Source of the DNA: the human T2T-CHM13v2.0 reference genome, Homo sapiens
Direction: 5' to 3' (one strand)
DNA length: 64,000 bases
NCBI RefSeq assembly: GCF_009914755.1
Contig: NC_060936.1
Shown: positions 1 through 17,594 of the stretch, in pieces
Layout of the letters: each line of letters opens with the position of its first letter
Numbering within the stretch: position 1 is the first letter of the stretch
Notes under the pieces: model-generated
The model's input: only the letters and a program-made list of their open reading frames with translations
What the model was told of the DNA's origin: nothing
Databases searched by the model: none
Position numbers and translations under genes: made by a program

Positions 1-409
1 ATACTTAATTTTAAAAGACTGTACCCAGAGACAAAAATTTAAAATATGAAGATGTATAAAGCCTATTTACATATCACTTTGTGAAGCACACCTTTGGATT
101 AGATCAATGTTTCAATTAATTTTGCCCATTTTTATTGAAACTTCTTTTGTGCACTTATGAAAAGTGAAGCATTAAGGTGTTGGCTCCATTAGCAGAAGGA
201 AAGGCTTTGCAAACAGTTAAATGGTGGCTGTTTTTTTTTCCAGTGTTATCAGATACTTAAAATAGAATATCAGTTAATTTCAGTAATAGAGTTTCTTCAT
301 CCAATTTTTAGAATCAAAACAAATCTTTTGGAAGGCCATTATTCTGCCTAAAGTGAAATATCTAACATTATTGTAAAGGCTTTTGTAAATTCCGTTTAAA
401 AATCTTTCA

Positions 410-825
<416 letters not shown>

Positions 826-947
826 TCATCCCCTCTGGCCCCCATTCTGGCCACAGCTCTGGCATTGGCCCCAGTGGGCGTAACTAGAAGAAGGAAACAC
901 ATTAAACATTGCTGTTAATAATTACTTATTGACAGTAAAAAGAGTAA

Positions 948-1272
<325 letters not shown>

Positions 1273-1299
1273 TCTTTCTAGAATTTTAAATAGTTAACT

Positions 1300-1414
1300 A
1301 GCCTGGGTGCAGTGGCTCATGCCCGTAATCTCAGAAATTTGGGAGGCCAAGGCAGGAGGATCACTTGAGCCCAGGGGTTCAAGGCTTCAATGAACTATGA
1401 TAGTGCTACTGCAC
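1300..1414 (+). mobile_element. Alu monomer (FLAM/FAM-like)
   Basis: Alu 5' end running into right-arm-type sequence, no A tail. Confidence 0.75.
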
Positions 1415-1599
1415 AATCTCAGTTCTTTTTTTTTTTTTTTTTTAAATAATCAGTTATATATTGAGTTTGGATGTTAGATATAACCTCATAAGTGATGTTG
1501 GCACATATTATAGTGTAAAACTACTTCAGAAATAACTTAATCTCATTTACTTAAACCTTATGTTTGATGATACTGGGCCTGAAGGAGGAGAATTTTTCT

Positions 1600-1927
<328 letters not shown>

Positions 1928-2564
1928 TGAGAACACAACTCTGAAATACCTAAGAATGACTGGAAACAAGATTAAAAATAAGAGTGGAATATTTTTTGCT
2001 GCAATGCTGCAAATTAATTCATCCTTAGAGAAAGTAGGTCTGGGTTACTGTGATCTGGGAATGCAAAGTGTGATAGCATTTGCTACGATACTAACTCAAA
2101 ACAAAGCAATTAAGGGAATAAACCTAAACTGACCTATGCAGTATGGCAAACAGAAAGAGTCCACAGCCCACGTAGGCCATATGTTGAAAGAAAATAACTG
2201 CCTTGTTCAACTACACATGTGTAAGCATAATATAAAAAACTGTAGTATACAACAATTATATGTTATTCAATGTATCTTAACAGTAGCCTATGCTACCTTG
2301 ATGTCAGCTGCAATCAAATATCTCAGGATGGAATTATGTATCTAGCTCATGTAAAAGCAATATTACCCTAGAAGCAGTAGATTTTTCTTTTAACAGAATA
2401 GAAAATGCAGGAGCTAAGTATCTCCAAGAAATTCTTACTTTACACAATGGGCATTTTAAAGCATTGTCAGTAGTCAGCAACAACATAGAGAAGGACTTGC
2501 ACTTTCACAATCAATGAAAACGAATCCCACATTTTCTAATATCTACATTTGGAGAAACAAATTT

Positions 2565-2776
2565 AGCCTGGGCAACATAGCAAGACCCCATCTCTACAAA
2601 AAGATTGCAAAAATTAGCTGGCCATGGTAGTGTGTGCCTGTAGTCCTACTTGGGTGGCTGAGGTGGTAGGATCACCTGAGCCCAGGGAGGTCAAGGCTGG
2701 AAGTGAGCTGCGATGGTGCCACTGCACTCCAGACTGAGCAACGTGAGACCCTGTCTCAAAAACAAAACAAAACAAA
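2565..2776 (+). mobile_element. 5'-truncated Alu (AluJ-like)
   Basis: Alu sequence with TSD aaacaaattt on both sides. Confidence 0.85.
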
Positions 2777-2849
2777 AACAAATTTGATGAGGCTACAGGT
2801 GTATCATGTTCAGACATAATTCAAATAGGCCATCTAAAAACAGACAATA

Positions 2850-3152
<303 letters not shown>

Positions 3153-3331
3153 AAAAGCAGATAACCCAGATGTGGAGTTATTTGTGGTGGATGGATGCTC
3201 ACAGAAGTCTCCAATGACCTTAAAAAACATTATTATTGAACTCCAACTTATGGAGAAGTTTAGAGTCTCTCATCTAATGCAGATTTTGCTCCTGTTCCAG
3301 TAAGTCAACACCTAGGAAAAAGAAGATATAA

Positions 3332-3499
<168 letters not shown>

Positions 3500-3829
3500 T
3501 AAAATCATTTTTATACATTTGTCTTATTGCTTTCACAGAGATTTTTATAGCTTATTAAATTTTTCTTTCATAAATTAAAACAAGTTACTTTTATCAAATG
3601 TATAAAAGGTAATCACTATATTAAAGTTTGTATAACTGTCCATTGTGGGAAAAAGAAAGCTTTCAGCACTGAAACATAATTTTTGCAAAAATTATTCATC
3701 CAAACACAGACGCTGGTGAGTCACAGAATCATGGTAAAGACAATGATCCTAATGAATTAAGAAATCTGTGGAGCAAAGTGTACTTAGAATTGGTTTTGGT
3801 GCACAGAGTTATGAATTTTGTGCAGACAC

Positions 3830-4625
3830 ATACTTCATAAAAAGAGCTAAAGATGCAAATAAGCACATGAAAAGATATTCAATATCATTAATCACTAGAG
3901 AAGTACAAATGAAAACCACAGTGAGATAACACTATACAATCTGTACTAGTCTGCTTGGCTATCACAACAGAATATCACAGAATGGACTGCAACAGGAATT
4001 TATTTTCTCACATTTCTGGAGGCTGGAAGTCCAAAATTAAGAACCAGTATGTTGGTTTCTAGGGAGGCCTCTTTTCCTGGCTTACAGGTGGTGCCTTCTT
4101 GCTGTGGCCTCACGTGGCCTTTCCTCTGTGCACGTGAATTTCTGGTGTTTCTTTCTCTTATAAAGATGCCAGTTCTGTTGGATTACAGCCCCACCCATGT
4201 GATGTCATTTAACCTAAATTACCTCCTGAAAGGCCCTATCTCTAAATACAGTCACATTGAGGGTTAAGATTTCAGCATATGTATTTTGAGGAGGACACAA
4301 TTGAGTTCATAACAACACCTAAAATTAAAAAAAACAAAACAAAAAAATGAAAATATAAAATGCTGGCTAAAATACAGAGCAACTAGAACTCCCATACATT
4401 GCTAATGGAGATCCAAATAATACAACCATTTTGGAAAACAGTTTGGCAGTTTCTTATAAAGCTAAATATACCATTAACCCAGCAATCCCAGTCCTATGTG
4501 ATTACCCAAAATAAATGAAAACTTATATTCATACAAAGATTTCTGCATGAATATTTATAGCACCTTTATTTATAGTAGGCCCAAATTGGAAATAACCAAA
4601 ATGTTCTTTGGCTTGTGAATGAAAA

Positions 4626-4656
<31 letters not shown>

Positions 4657-4700
4657 TGCTACATCCACACAATGGCATACTGCTTAATAAAAAGAAACAA
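3830..4700 (+). mobile_element. Old L1M fragment (ORF2 end and 3' UTR) interrupted by a MaLR LTR
   Basis: L1 motifs aagcacatgaaaagatattcaatatcatta, aaaaccacagtgagata and ccattttggaaaacagtttggcagtttctt. Confidence 0.75.
3942..4314 (-). mobile_element. MaLR solo LTR (MLT1A/B-like)
   Basis: tttattttctcacatttctggaggctggaagtccaa and ggccctatctctaaatacagtcacatt are MLT1 motifs. Confidence 0.8.
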
Positions 4701-5666
4701 ATTTGTTTGTCCATTCACCTATTGATAGACATTTGGGTTGGATTCAGTTTGGGGCTATTATAAATAAAGTTGCTATAAATACTCAGATTTAAATTCTTAC
4801 GTGGATATGTGTTTCCATTTCCTTTGGATAAACCTAGGAGTGGAATTGCTGGGTTGAACTATATGTTTAACTTTATAAGAAATTGTTAAACTATTTTCCA
4901 AAATTCCCATACCATTTGCATTCTCATCAGCAATCCATGAGTCCTAGTAGATTCACGTTCTCCCCAACATTTGATGTTATCAGTCTTTTTAATATTAGCC
5001 ACTCTAATGGATGGGCAGTGGTATCTTATTGTGATTTAAATTTGCATTTCCATGATGACTTAAGATAATGGACTTTTTTTGTTTTCTTTTTTTGCTATTC
5101 ATATATTTTCTTTTGTAAAGTGTCCTTTCAGATCTTTTGCTCAGGTTTTTTTTTTTCTTAAAGCTGGAGTCTTACTATATTGCCCAGGCTGGAGTGCAGT
5201 AGTTATTCACAGGTGTGAGGATAGTGCACTACAGCCTCAGACTCCTAGCCTTAAGCAATCCCCCAACCTCAGCCTGCTGAGCAGCTGGGACTACAGGCAT
5301 GTGCTGCCATGCCTGGCTTTTTGCTCAGTTTTAAGAACTGGTTTCTTTGTCTTTGTGAATTGTAAGAGTTTTGTATATAAGCTCTTTATCAGTATATACA
5401 TGTACGACAAATATTTTCTCTGTGACTCACCTTTCATTTTCATGGTTGTATTTTTCAGAGCAAGAGTTCTCATTTTGATAAAGTCCTATGTATTCATTTA
5501 TTTCTTTTATAGCACATGCTTTTTATGTTCTATCTAAGAAATCTTTACCTATGTCAAGGTCACAAATTTTTATAACTTTTAACATTTACATTTAGTTCTG
5601 TGACCCATTTCAAGTTAAGTTTTGTGAAATGAAGATTAAGGATTAAGCTTCATTTTTTTTCCCTCT

Positions 5667-6096
5667 TGTCTTAATCTGTTTTGTGTTCCTGTGAAGAAAT
5701 ACCTGAGACTGGGAAATTTATAAAGAAAAGAGGTTTATTTTGCTTATGGTTCTACAGGCTGTACAAGAAACATGGCACCAACATCTGCATCTGGTGTGGA
5801 CCTCAGGCTACTTCCATTCATGGCGGAAGGTGAAAGGGAGCTGGTGTTGCGGAGATCACATAGAAAGAGAGGAGGAAAGAGAGAGAGGGATAAGGTACCA
5901 GGCTCTCTTTAAGAACCAGCTTTCTTAGGAATTAATAGAGTGAGAACTCACTTACCCCCAAGGAAGAGCACTAATCTATTCATGAGGGATCTGCCCCATG
6001 ACTCAAGTACTTCCCATTAGGCCACCTCCAACCTTGGGGATCAAATTTCAACATGAGATTTGCTGGGGACAAACAACCCATATCCAAACTATAGAA
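5667..6096 (-). mobile_element. MaLR solo LTR (MST-like)
   Basis: aaatacctgagactgggaaatttataaagaaaagaggttta...gggatcaaatttcaacatgagatttg; imperfect 5-bp TSD cctct/cttct. Confidence 0.85.
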
Positions 6097-6239
6097 CTTC
6101 TGAATAACCAGTTCTTCCAGTATCATTTGTTGAAAAAGATTATTCCTTTCACATTGAAATACCTTGGTATCTTTGTCGAAAATCAATTGGCCATGTATGT
6201 GTATAGTTCTATTTCTGCCTTTTATTCTGCTTACATCTA

Positions 6240-6460
6240 TATTCCATATATAAAAATATATAAGTTATATAAATATATGGAATATATATAGAATATATGT
6301 ATATATATGCATACCATATATGGAGTATATATAGAATATATATGTGTATATTCTATATATATGTGTATATATGCACATGTCATATATCATATATATTCTA
6401 TATATACTCCATATACATACATATTTATTCTATGCATATTCCATATATTCATATAATGAA
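6240..6460. repeat. TA-rich low-complexity tract with internal inverted repeats
   Basis: (TA)n-derived sequence; 6319-6344 is the exact reverse complement of 6388-6413. Confidence 0.85.
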
Positions 6461-6786
6461 TGCCAAGATTTACTATAAAGCTACAAAAATTAAGAAAGTG
6501 TGCATGCCAATACATACTTTCTTAATTTTTGTATCTTTATAGTAAGTCTTGAAATCAGTAAGTCCTACAAATTTGTTCTTCTAGACCATAATATTTTTAA
6601 TACAGAAAATATTCTTTCTACAGATTCTGAGGTACTTGGGAAATTCAGAGAAAATTCTGCTAAATGGAAGATATTATAAATTTTATTTTTTATTGATATG
6701 TAAAATACTTTGGGCTCAAATATTTTCAGAAGTAAAGATTTTTAACCTCCATTCATATTATCTTTTGTGTGTGTGTGTATGTGTGT

Positions 6787-6906
6787 GTAGAGATGGGGTC
6801 TCACTATGTTGCCCAGGCTGGTGTCAGATTTCTGGCCTCAAGCAATCCTCTTGCCTTGGCCTTCCAAAGTGCTGGGGATTACAGGCGTGAGCCACCGTGC
6901 CTGGTC
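6787..6906 (-). mobile_element. Alu left monomer (FLAM)
   Basis: Reverse left-arm sequence after (TG)n. Confidence 0.8.
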
Positions 6907-7444
6907 CATAGTATCTTTTTTTAAAAAAGATTTTTTTTCAAGATAAACCATCTTAAGTTGTCTCTAGGGTTTGTAAGAATATTTATCAAATGTAGCTGCA
7001 GCAAAATTATTGGATTTATCAATTTCACTCTTTCCGTTATAAAATATATTCAAAGAATGAATCTATTATGATGGAATTCAATTTTTGTTAATTTTACATT
7101 CTCGTTAAATGTTCTATTTTTTCTTTGCTTTCATAGAGGTAATTTTAATGTCTTCCTGTTTGAAAGCTTAGTTTTAATAATCAGAATTTGCTAAAACTTA
7201 AAAAGCTGAAGTCTTTTGATGCTCCAATGTTTTAATTAAATTTTGCAACTGATTTTGAACAAAATTAAACCCAAATAGAGAGTACTAGTTTGCAAAATTT
7301 CAATACCATTGTAAAACACTTAGATTGGTTCACAAAATAATTATTAAAAGGCTCATTTTAAAAATCTTATTGATATTTGAGAACAAAGAGAAAGTACATA
7401 CTGTAATGCTAAAGTTTTTGGTTGCTGTATTCAATATCAGCTTT

Positions 7445-8101
<657 letters not shown>

Positions 8102-8849
8102 ATAACCACAATTTTTTGATAACTACATATTTCTATTGGCAGAATATAGCAACTTGTTTGTACACAATTATCAATTATGTATGTATTGCAACCAATTCCA
8201 AGTGCGTTTATGCCTCATAAGTTTCTTAATTTGGTAGCCACCGTTTTTTCCTTAGTGGTATGCTTCTTTTAGATAGACACACACACATACATATGCATAT
8301 ATTATTAAAGTCAAGTTTATTAATGTAAAATTTACACCCAGTAAAAATCATCCCTTTTAGGTACACAGTTATATGAGATATTATAAATGTATGTAGTTAT
8401 GTAATGCCCATCACTTTGAAGATTTGGAATATTTTCACCACTGCTAAAGTACTTGAATCAGAATATGTGTAGCTATTTTATTCATAATAGCTAGAAACTG
8501 GATCCAACCCACATGTCCATTAGTAGGTAAATGGATAAACAAACTGTAGTGTGACATAGTCTTTCAAAGTAACACTATTCAGAAATAAAAGGGAATTATG
8601 GATGCACGTCTCAATATGGATGAATCACAAAAAAATTTTGCTGAACAAAAGACCAGACACAAAAGAGTACATATTATATGATTATACATTGTCTAGAAAA
8701 GGTGCAGTTGATGAAGTCAACAACTCTAAATTAAATAATTAAATGCAGCCCTCAAAAAGAGAAATGTTATGAAAAATATGTTAAAACACCATGTTAGTAA
8801 AAAACATATTCTTCACAAAAGCACCAGTCACACTATATAAGAGACAGAG

Positions 8850-9372
8850 GGCTGAGCACAGTGGCTCATGCCTGTAATCTCAGCACTTTGGGAGACCGAG
8901 GTAGGTAATCACTTGAGGTCAGGAGTTCCCGACCAGCCTGGCCAACATAGTGAAACTCCATCTCTACTAAAAATATAAAAATTAGCTGAATATGGTGGCA
9001 CATGCCTGTAGTCTCAGCTACGATCTTGTATTCAATAATAAAGGCAAGTTAATTGCATAAGTGCAAAAGGGCTATACCAGGCCGGGCACAATGGCTCACA
9101 CCTGTAATCTCAGACTTGGGAGGCCGAGGCGAGAGGATAACCTGAGGTCAGGAGTTCGAGACCAGCCTAACCAACAAGGCAAAACCCCATCTCTACTAAA
9201 AAACACAAAAATTAGCCAGGCGTGGTGGCAGGTGCCTATAATCCCAGCTACTCAGGAGGCCGCGGCTGTGAGGCTAGAGAGTTGCTTGAACCCGGGAGGC
9301 AAAGGTTGCAATGAACCGAGTACATGCCACTGCACTCCAGCCAGGGTGACTGAGCAAGACTCCATCAAAAAA
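8850..9372 (+). mobile_element. Two Alus (8850-9021 3'-truncated; 9079-9372 full length)
   Basis: Alu consensus motifs. Confidence 0.85.
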
Positions 9373-9386
9373 AAGGGGGAGGCTAT

Positions 9387-9814
9387 ACCGTTGACTCTTG
9401 AAAAGTGTGAGTTGGTGCATTGACCCCACTTGCAGTTGAAAATCCATGTATAACTCCCCTGAAACTGAACTACTAGTAGCCTACTGTTGGCCAGAAGCCT
9501 TATTGATAACATAAACAGTTAATTAACACATTTTTTGCATGTTATATGTATTATACAATGTATTCTTACAATAAAGTAAGATAGAGAAAAAAATGAAGAA
9601 AATCATAAGAAAGAGAAAATATGTTTACTATGTATAATATTAAGTAGAAGTTGATCATCATTAAAGTCTTCAACTTGGTTGTGTTCACATTGAGTAAGGA
9701 GTAGGTGGAAGAGGAGGGGTTGGTCTTGCTGTCTTAGAGGTGGCAGAAGTGGAAGAAAATCCATATATAATTGGACCTGGGAAGTTTAAGCCTATGTTGC
9801 TCAATCGTATAATG
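9387..9814 (+). mobile_element. Tigger2a/MER28-like TcMar DNA transposon
   Basis: Degenerate TIRs ccgttgactcttgaa ... ttgctcaatcgtataatg with TA flanks; internal actactagtagcctactgttggccagaagcctta matches the recalled Tigger2a consensus. Confidence 0.8.
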
Positions 9815-10134
9815 TAAAAACACATAATTTGTAGCAATAGACACTTTCATTCCTAAGATTTTTTAGATCTGTCATAATTTGCTGATAGGAATGAAATTTT
9901 CTAATTTTAAATATTTTTCTAATCTTTCTTACATTCCACTTCCACATAATTGTGACTACAGAGTTATATCTTACTGTTCCATTGCATTTGTCCAGAATAA
10001 AATTTCAAATTAATTTCCCCCATAGCTACATGTGAAACGGAGGTAAATTAATAGCACTGAATCAACACACAAATAGTAGCACTTAAGATGAAGGAGGCAA
10101 AGATAAATTCTACTGTGTCACCTGGTATGGATTA

Positions 10135-10465
<331 letters not shown>

Positions 10466-10839
10466 AAGGATCAGCAAAAAGAGACATATATAAACTTTAG
10501 GCCCCAGAAAATCCTAGATCCACTCCTTCCTGAAGATCTTGGGGCCCATGGGAAATTGTAACCTTCCTGCTAGGGAATAAGAAACCACCAGCTTGTGGAT
10601 AGCTAAGTTCATTGCATCCCTATCCACTGGGAGAGGGAGCTGTTAATTGTCTGAGAAGCCTACAGTGAGTTCTCTGGGTCACTTTTGGACAATTCTTGAA
10701 GTGCAATACTGAAAAATGAAAAAAAAAAACAAACCCTCTCTCTTTAGCAGTGTATTACTTAAAATGCTTAAACACTCAAATTAAATTTTAGAATTGTAAA
10801 TTTTAGCTATTAAATTAAATAGAAAAACAAGGCCAAAGA

Positions 10840-10860
10840 ACACACACACACACATACACA

Positions 10861-10893
<33 letters not shown>
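10840..10893. repeat. (CA)n microsatellite
   Basis: Seen directly. Confidence 0.95.
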
Positions 10894-10926
10894 GATAGTA
10901 TTGTATTCCTTTTCAATGAAAGCTGT

Positions 10927-11498
10927 TGTCAAAGGCATTTGAACCAGAGTGACTCCATCTTGAATAAGGGCTGGGTAACATGAGGCTGAGACCTACTGGG
11001 CAGCATTCCCAGGTTAGGCATTCTTAGTCAATAGGATATGTACAGTTAAGGAAACAAGTTAATAATGTTTACCGAACAGACTCAGGACTTAACAGACACA
11101 GAAAATAACAAACTTGGGAAATGTCCTGAGTCCCATATCTTAAGAACAAAAGCATTCTTAGTTTAATATATTACTGCAGAAGACAGTAGTTACACAAAGA
11201 TTAACAATCCGTTGTTACACGCCCTTGTAGGACAGCACATCTCCCCATTGGTGTGTTCCCCATTTTTTTCTTTTTATATTATATATAAACAAGCCTCTAC
11301 CTAAGGTGGATGTGTTCCTCCTCTTGCTTTGTCTGCTCTTGAATGCCCTGCTCTGTCTATGTAGTAACCATTCTTACTATTCCTTTACTTCTTAATAAAC
11401 TCACTTTCACTTTACTCTGGACTCGCCCTGAATTCTCTCTTGTGTGAGATCCAAGAACACTCTCTTAGGGTCTGGATCGAGATCCCTTTTCGGTAACA
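10927..11498 (+). mobile_element. MER41-family solo LTR (MER41C/D-like, ERV1)
   Basis: TGTC...TAACA termini, MER41 5' motif tttgaaccagagtgactccatcttgaata, AATAAA at ~11394, 4-bp TSD ctgt/ctgc. Confidence 0.85.
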
Positions 11499-12081
11499 CT
11501 GCACTGTTACTTAACACTGATGAGCTTGATTCGTTTTTGTCAAGGACAATATTTTGATGTTCTTGAGAATGACTTAGGGAAATATTACTTGAGGTTATTA
11601 AATTCATATTTGATTTATTAATGTTACAAATTCAAAAACCTATTCCTTCTTAAGCTTTTAAGTTATGAATCAAATTATTAATTTATAAATCTGACAAATT
11701 TTAACAGTTACTTTTATGAGGACTTTGATTTACATTTGGTTTCATTTACAATTTTAGTTAAATGTTTAAATTGTCCATTTGACAAAATTTCCCAAGAATG
11801 TATATGACTTATAAATCTGGCAAATTAAATATGTATACATATTAATATTGAATCTCAACTTATTTTAGGGGTTAAAATACCGTTTATAAAATTAATAACA
11901 TTGCCTTATACCTTTCAACTTGAAATTGCAAGTCTGAATAAATGAGACATTTTATATTGGAATCATAAAAGTAATCTGTAAGATATTAAATATACCAAAC
12001 TTCTTAAAACATAAAATGGTAAAATATATCAACAACAAACAACTTATTCTCAAACCTACTGCAAAAATATTAATACTATGA

Positions 12082-12405
<324 letters not shown>

Positions 12406-13231
12406 TTTACTATGTAATTCTTAATAGAATTATGCTATATTTTGTCATGGAAGGACTATAATTTCTGTGTATATTAAAATGATATTCTAGTGAATATATT
12501 TGTTAGAATTTGGTCTATGACTTACGTTTATTATAAGATACCACTTAACAATACACTGATATCAAGGCTTTTGGAAATTTGGGGAGGGAGGTGGACCCCA
12601 ACTACATTTAATTACTAGAAGCTACCAATATTTACAAAAATATTATGAAAATTGTTAACTGGTAAAATTAAGTTTTCTTGCAACGCTAACGTCTCTTAGC
12701 TCCTATCACAGTGTCTGGCACATCATAGATTTTCAATAAATAGCTGTTGGATAAATCATGCTTAAATCAGTTTCTACAGATTACAAGCTTGATAATTTTT
12801 CTGCTACTGCATACTCTGGGTTCCCCTTTTCTAGTTTCCAATAATTGCCTCATTGCCTCTCCAGCCTCCTCTAATGCTGTTTTTGCTATTTCTCCAGTCT
12901 TTATTTACACAATCCTCACAGCTTTTCCAGCCTCCTCCAACAGTCTCCTTGCATCCTTCCATTCTCTGTCCACCAGCTAGTCCAAAAGCCATTGCTGTGT
13001 ATTTTTAAGTTTTTGTTATGACTGAACTCCACACCCAGTAGCAATTTCTGTCTGTTTTCTGTTGCAGAAGATCAAACTCTCCCAAAAAGTAGAGATTAAA
13101 CAACAACTAAAGATGGCGAATCATAGAAGGTAATCAAATCACACAATGGCTATTATTCATCGTTCTTTTGATTCCAATGTATTTCATTTTATGCATTAAA
13201 AGTTATTCTGGGAGTCCGTACACTTAACTAG

Positions 13232-13554
<323 letters not shown>

Positions 13555-13767
13555 AAAAATGACTAAGAATTCTTGACCTAGGCAATGATGAAGAGACAGG
13601 ATGGAAAAAATCAGGGCCAATTAATGACCATGTAGAGCAGAACCAGCCAGAAAACTTGGTCCAATAACCTCAGGATTACATATGAGAAAACTAAATACTT
13701 ACATTTTAAGTCATTATTTGGTGGAGTATCTTTTCTACAACAGTTTACCTTAAGAAATATACAGGAA

Positions 13768-14182
<415 letters not shown>

Positions 14183-14520
14183 GTAAGAAAAGTTCTTTAA
14201 TTAAAAGAAAAAAAGAAGTTTGCTCTCCATTCTTAGATCATCTCAGTGTGCTTATTAAGCATCCACATACCTAAAGATACCTACAGTATTGGCAGAAGTT
14301 CAGGACCTCTTTATCTGGATGTTCATTTGTACCCTTTAAAACAAAGGAAAAAAAGAGAAGAAATTGTATGATGAGATCTACTATTTGAACAGATAATAAA
14401 TAGGATATTCTAGAATTAAAAAATGTCATAAATCTTGAAAATCATAGTGTACACTGAAGTTTAAAATAAAGTAATCTACACTTAGACCCGTCATAGTGAA
14501 AGGAAAAATAGATTATCTTA

Positions 14521-14850
<330 letters not shown>

Positions 14851-15039
14851 AAAGGTATTCAATGTAGCTGAAAAAATTTTCTGTAAATATTGATATAGAA
14901 TAATCTGTAAGATAATCTTTTCCTTAAACTTCTACAATTGTTTATTTCTCCTGCCATTTAATCACATAGATATCAAAATTGCAAATGTATCATTTCTCTC
15001 TCGCTCTCTCTCTCTCGCCCGAGTGCGTGCGTGTTTTTA

Positions 15040-15417
15040 ACTATAGAGATAGGGTTCCCAGGCTGGCCTCAAACCCCTGGCCTCAAGCAATTCTTCTGCC
15101 TCGGTCACCCAACGTGTTGGGACTATAGGTGTGAGCCTCAATGCCTGGCCTCATTTTAGATTTAATAGTAAACCTATGTCCTGTGTATTTCTTCTTTTTT
15201 TTTTTGCCGGGGTTGTGGGGGCGCAGGAAGACAGTCTCTGTCACCCAGGCTGGAGTGCAGTGGTGTGATCATGGTTCACTGCAGCCTCTTGTTTCTGGGC
15301 TCAAGCAATCCTCCTGCCTTAGCCTCCTGAGTGGCTAAGCCTGCAGGCACACACCATCACACACAGCTAATTTTGAAATTTGTTGTAGAGATAGGATCTC
15401 ACTATGTTGACCAGGCT
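15040..15417 (-). mobile_element. Two partial reverse Alus (FLAM 15040-15150; AluJ-like 15190-15417)
   Basis: Alu motifs. Confidence 0.8.
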
Positions 15418-15741
15418 TTCCATATATTTCTTAAGGTAAACTAATGTAGAAAAGATGTATATTTTTTTCAATCACACATATTAATAGAACATTTACAAAA
15501 AAAAAAAAAATAAGAGAGCAAAGCCAAAGAAAATAGGAAGAAAAATAATAAGGATAGAAAATAATGAAAGATCATCAAAGGAGACAATAAAAAATTAAGA
15601 AACTGATTTAATTTTTAATGAAATTTTAATCGTTAATAAAAAAGCAGTTTGTAGATTACTATTTTTAAAATAACAATTGTGTAACATTTGTAAATATGCA
15701 AAATAGTACTACATAGTGTTAGTATATACATATATGGTTAA

Positions 15742-16153
<412 letters not shown>

Positions 16154-16891
16154 TAATGTTTCATTTCTTAGGAAAAATGGCTGAATGATAATATTGGTTA
16201 AAACTGACTTATGTGTACATGGTTAGTTTTTATATTATTCTTGATACTCCTCTACATGTTCTCATTATTTCATTTTTTAAAAGTTTAAGACGTTTGTCTC
16301 ATGTGACTAAAGCAAAATGTTTGATTTAGAGAGGGTAATAGTGGCTCCTACAGAGACCATAAAGCCACAGTTAATTATACACTAGTTCTAATATTGACAT
16401 TTGTTTTCAGTTACCTCTTTAGCTTCATTCATTACCATACCAAAAGGGTGTGTCTTCAGAGTTTGTATCCTTGGGAACCGCATGGTTGCTAGGTCGACCA
16501 ATAACAGCTCTAAGATTCGCATGCTGTTGTCCATGACTGTTACTAAGCTAAACAGAGCCAAAAGAGGTAGGAGAAGAACTCATATGTTCTCAGAAAATTA
16601 TTAGCATTTCAGTCTAATGTTCAGCTTACATGTGGAACACCACATTAACCCCTTGGAAGAGTTCAGAAAGATCCAGAATGTTGTCACTGCTTTCAAATAA
16701 ATTCCAACTCAAATTTTAGTTTATATACTTAAAATATAGCCATAGGGGAGTATATGAAAATGAGTGGTAAATATAACAAGAATTCAGAAGCAGAAAAACA
16801 TCTCTGTGGAGTGAGATGGCTGGTGAGATTTCAAGAGGAAAATAGAACTTGAGGTGGGAAATCAAGGGTGAGAACCATTCAGATAAGAAGG

Positions 16892-17198
<307 letters not shown>

Positions 17199-17461
17199 TT
17201 AGGATGAGGAAGTCTGGCCATGGAGCTGACAGTATGACAGTATGGGATTTGAATGCCTGTTGCTTTATTCACTTCTACTAACTCCAAATTATTATTTTTT
17301 TAAGTGCAAACAACACTATTTTACACATAGGTAATTTTCCTAAGAAGTAGAAGTATGGCATACAGAGAATAATTTAGAGCTAAATTTCCATGAAATGGAA
17401 GGTTAGGGAGGGGAAAATCCAATGTGAGGTGACAATTGTGTTTTGTTCTTGGGAAGGATAA

Positions 17462-17594
17462 AATTTTTTTTCTTTTGTAGAGACAAGGTCTCCTATGTTG
17501 TACAGGCTGGTCTTGAACTCCTGGGCTCAAGCAATCTACCCTCCTCAGCCTCCTGAAGTGCTAGGATTACAGGCATGAACCCCCATGCTCGGCC
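17462..17594 (-). mobile_element. Alu left monomer (FLAM)
   Basis: Reverse left arm. Confidence 0.8.

Larger units (their letters stand above)
4705..6580 (-). mobile_element. Old L1M fragments on the reverse strand, with nested Alu monomer (~5150-5316), MST LTR and TA-rich tract
   Basis: Reverse L1 motifs ccattcacctattgatagacatttgg and gtggtatcttattgtgatttaaatttgcatttc. Confidence 0.75.

Noticed and set aside
5998-6542. Tyr/Ile-rich ORFs (also 28485-28871)
   Set aside because: Translations of (TA)n low-complexity DNA.
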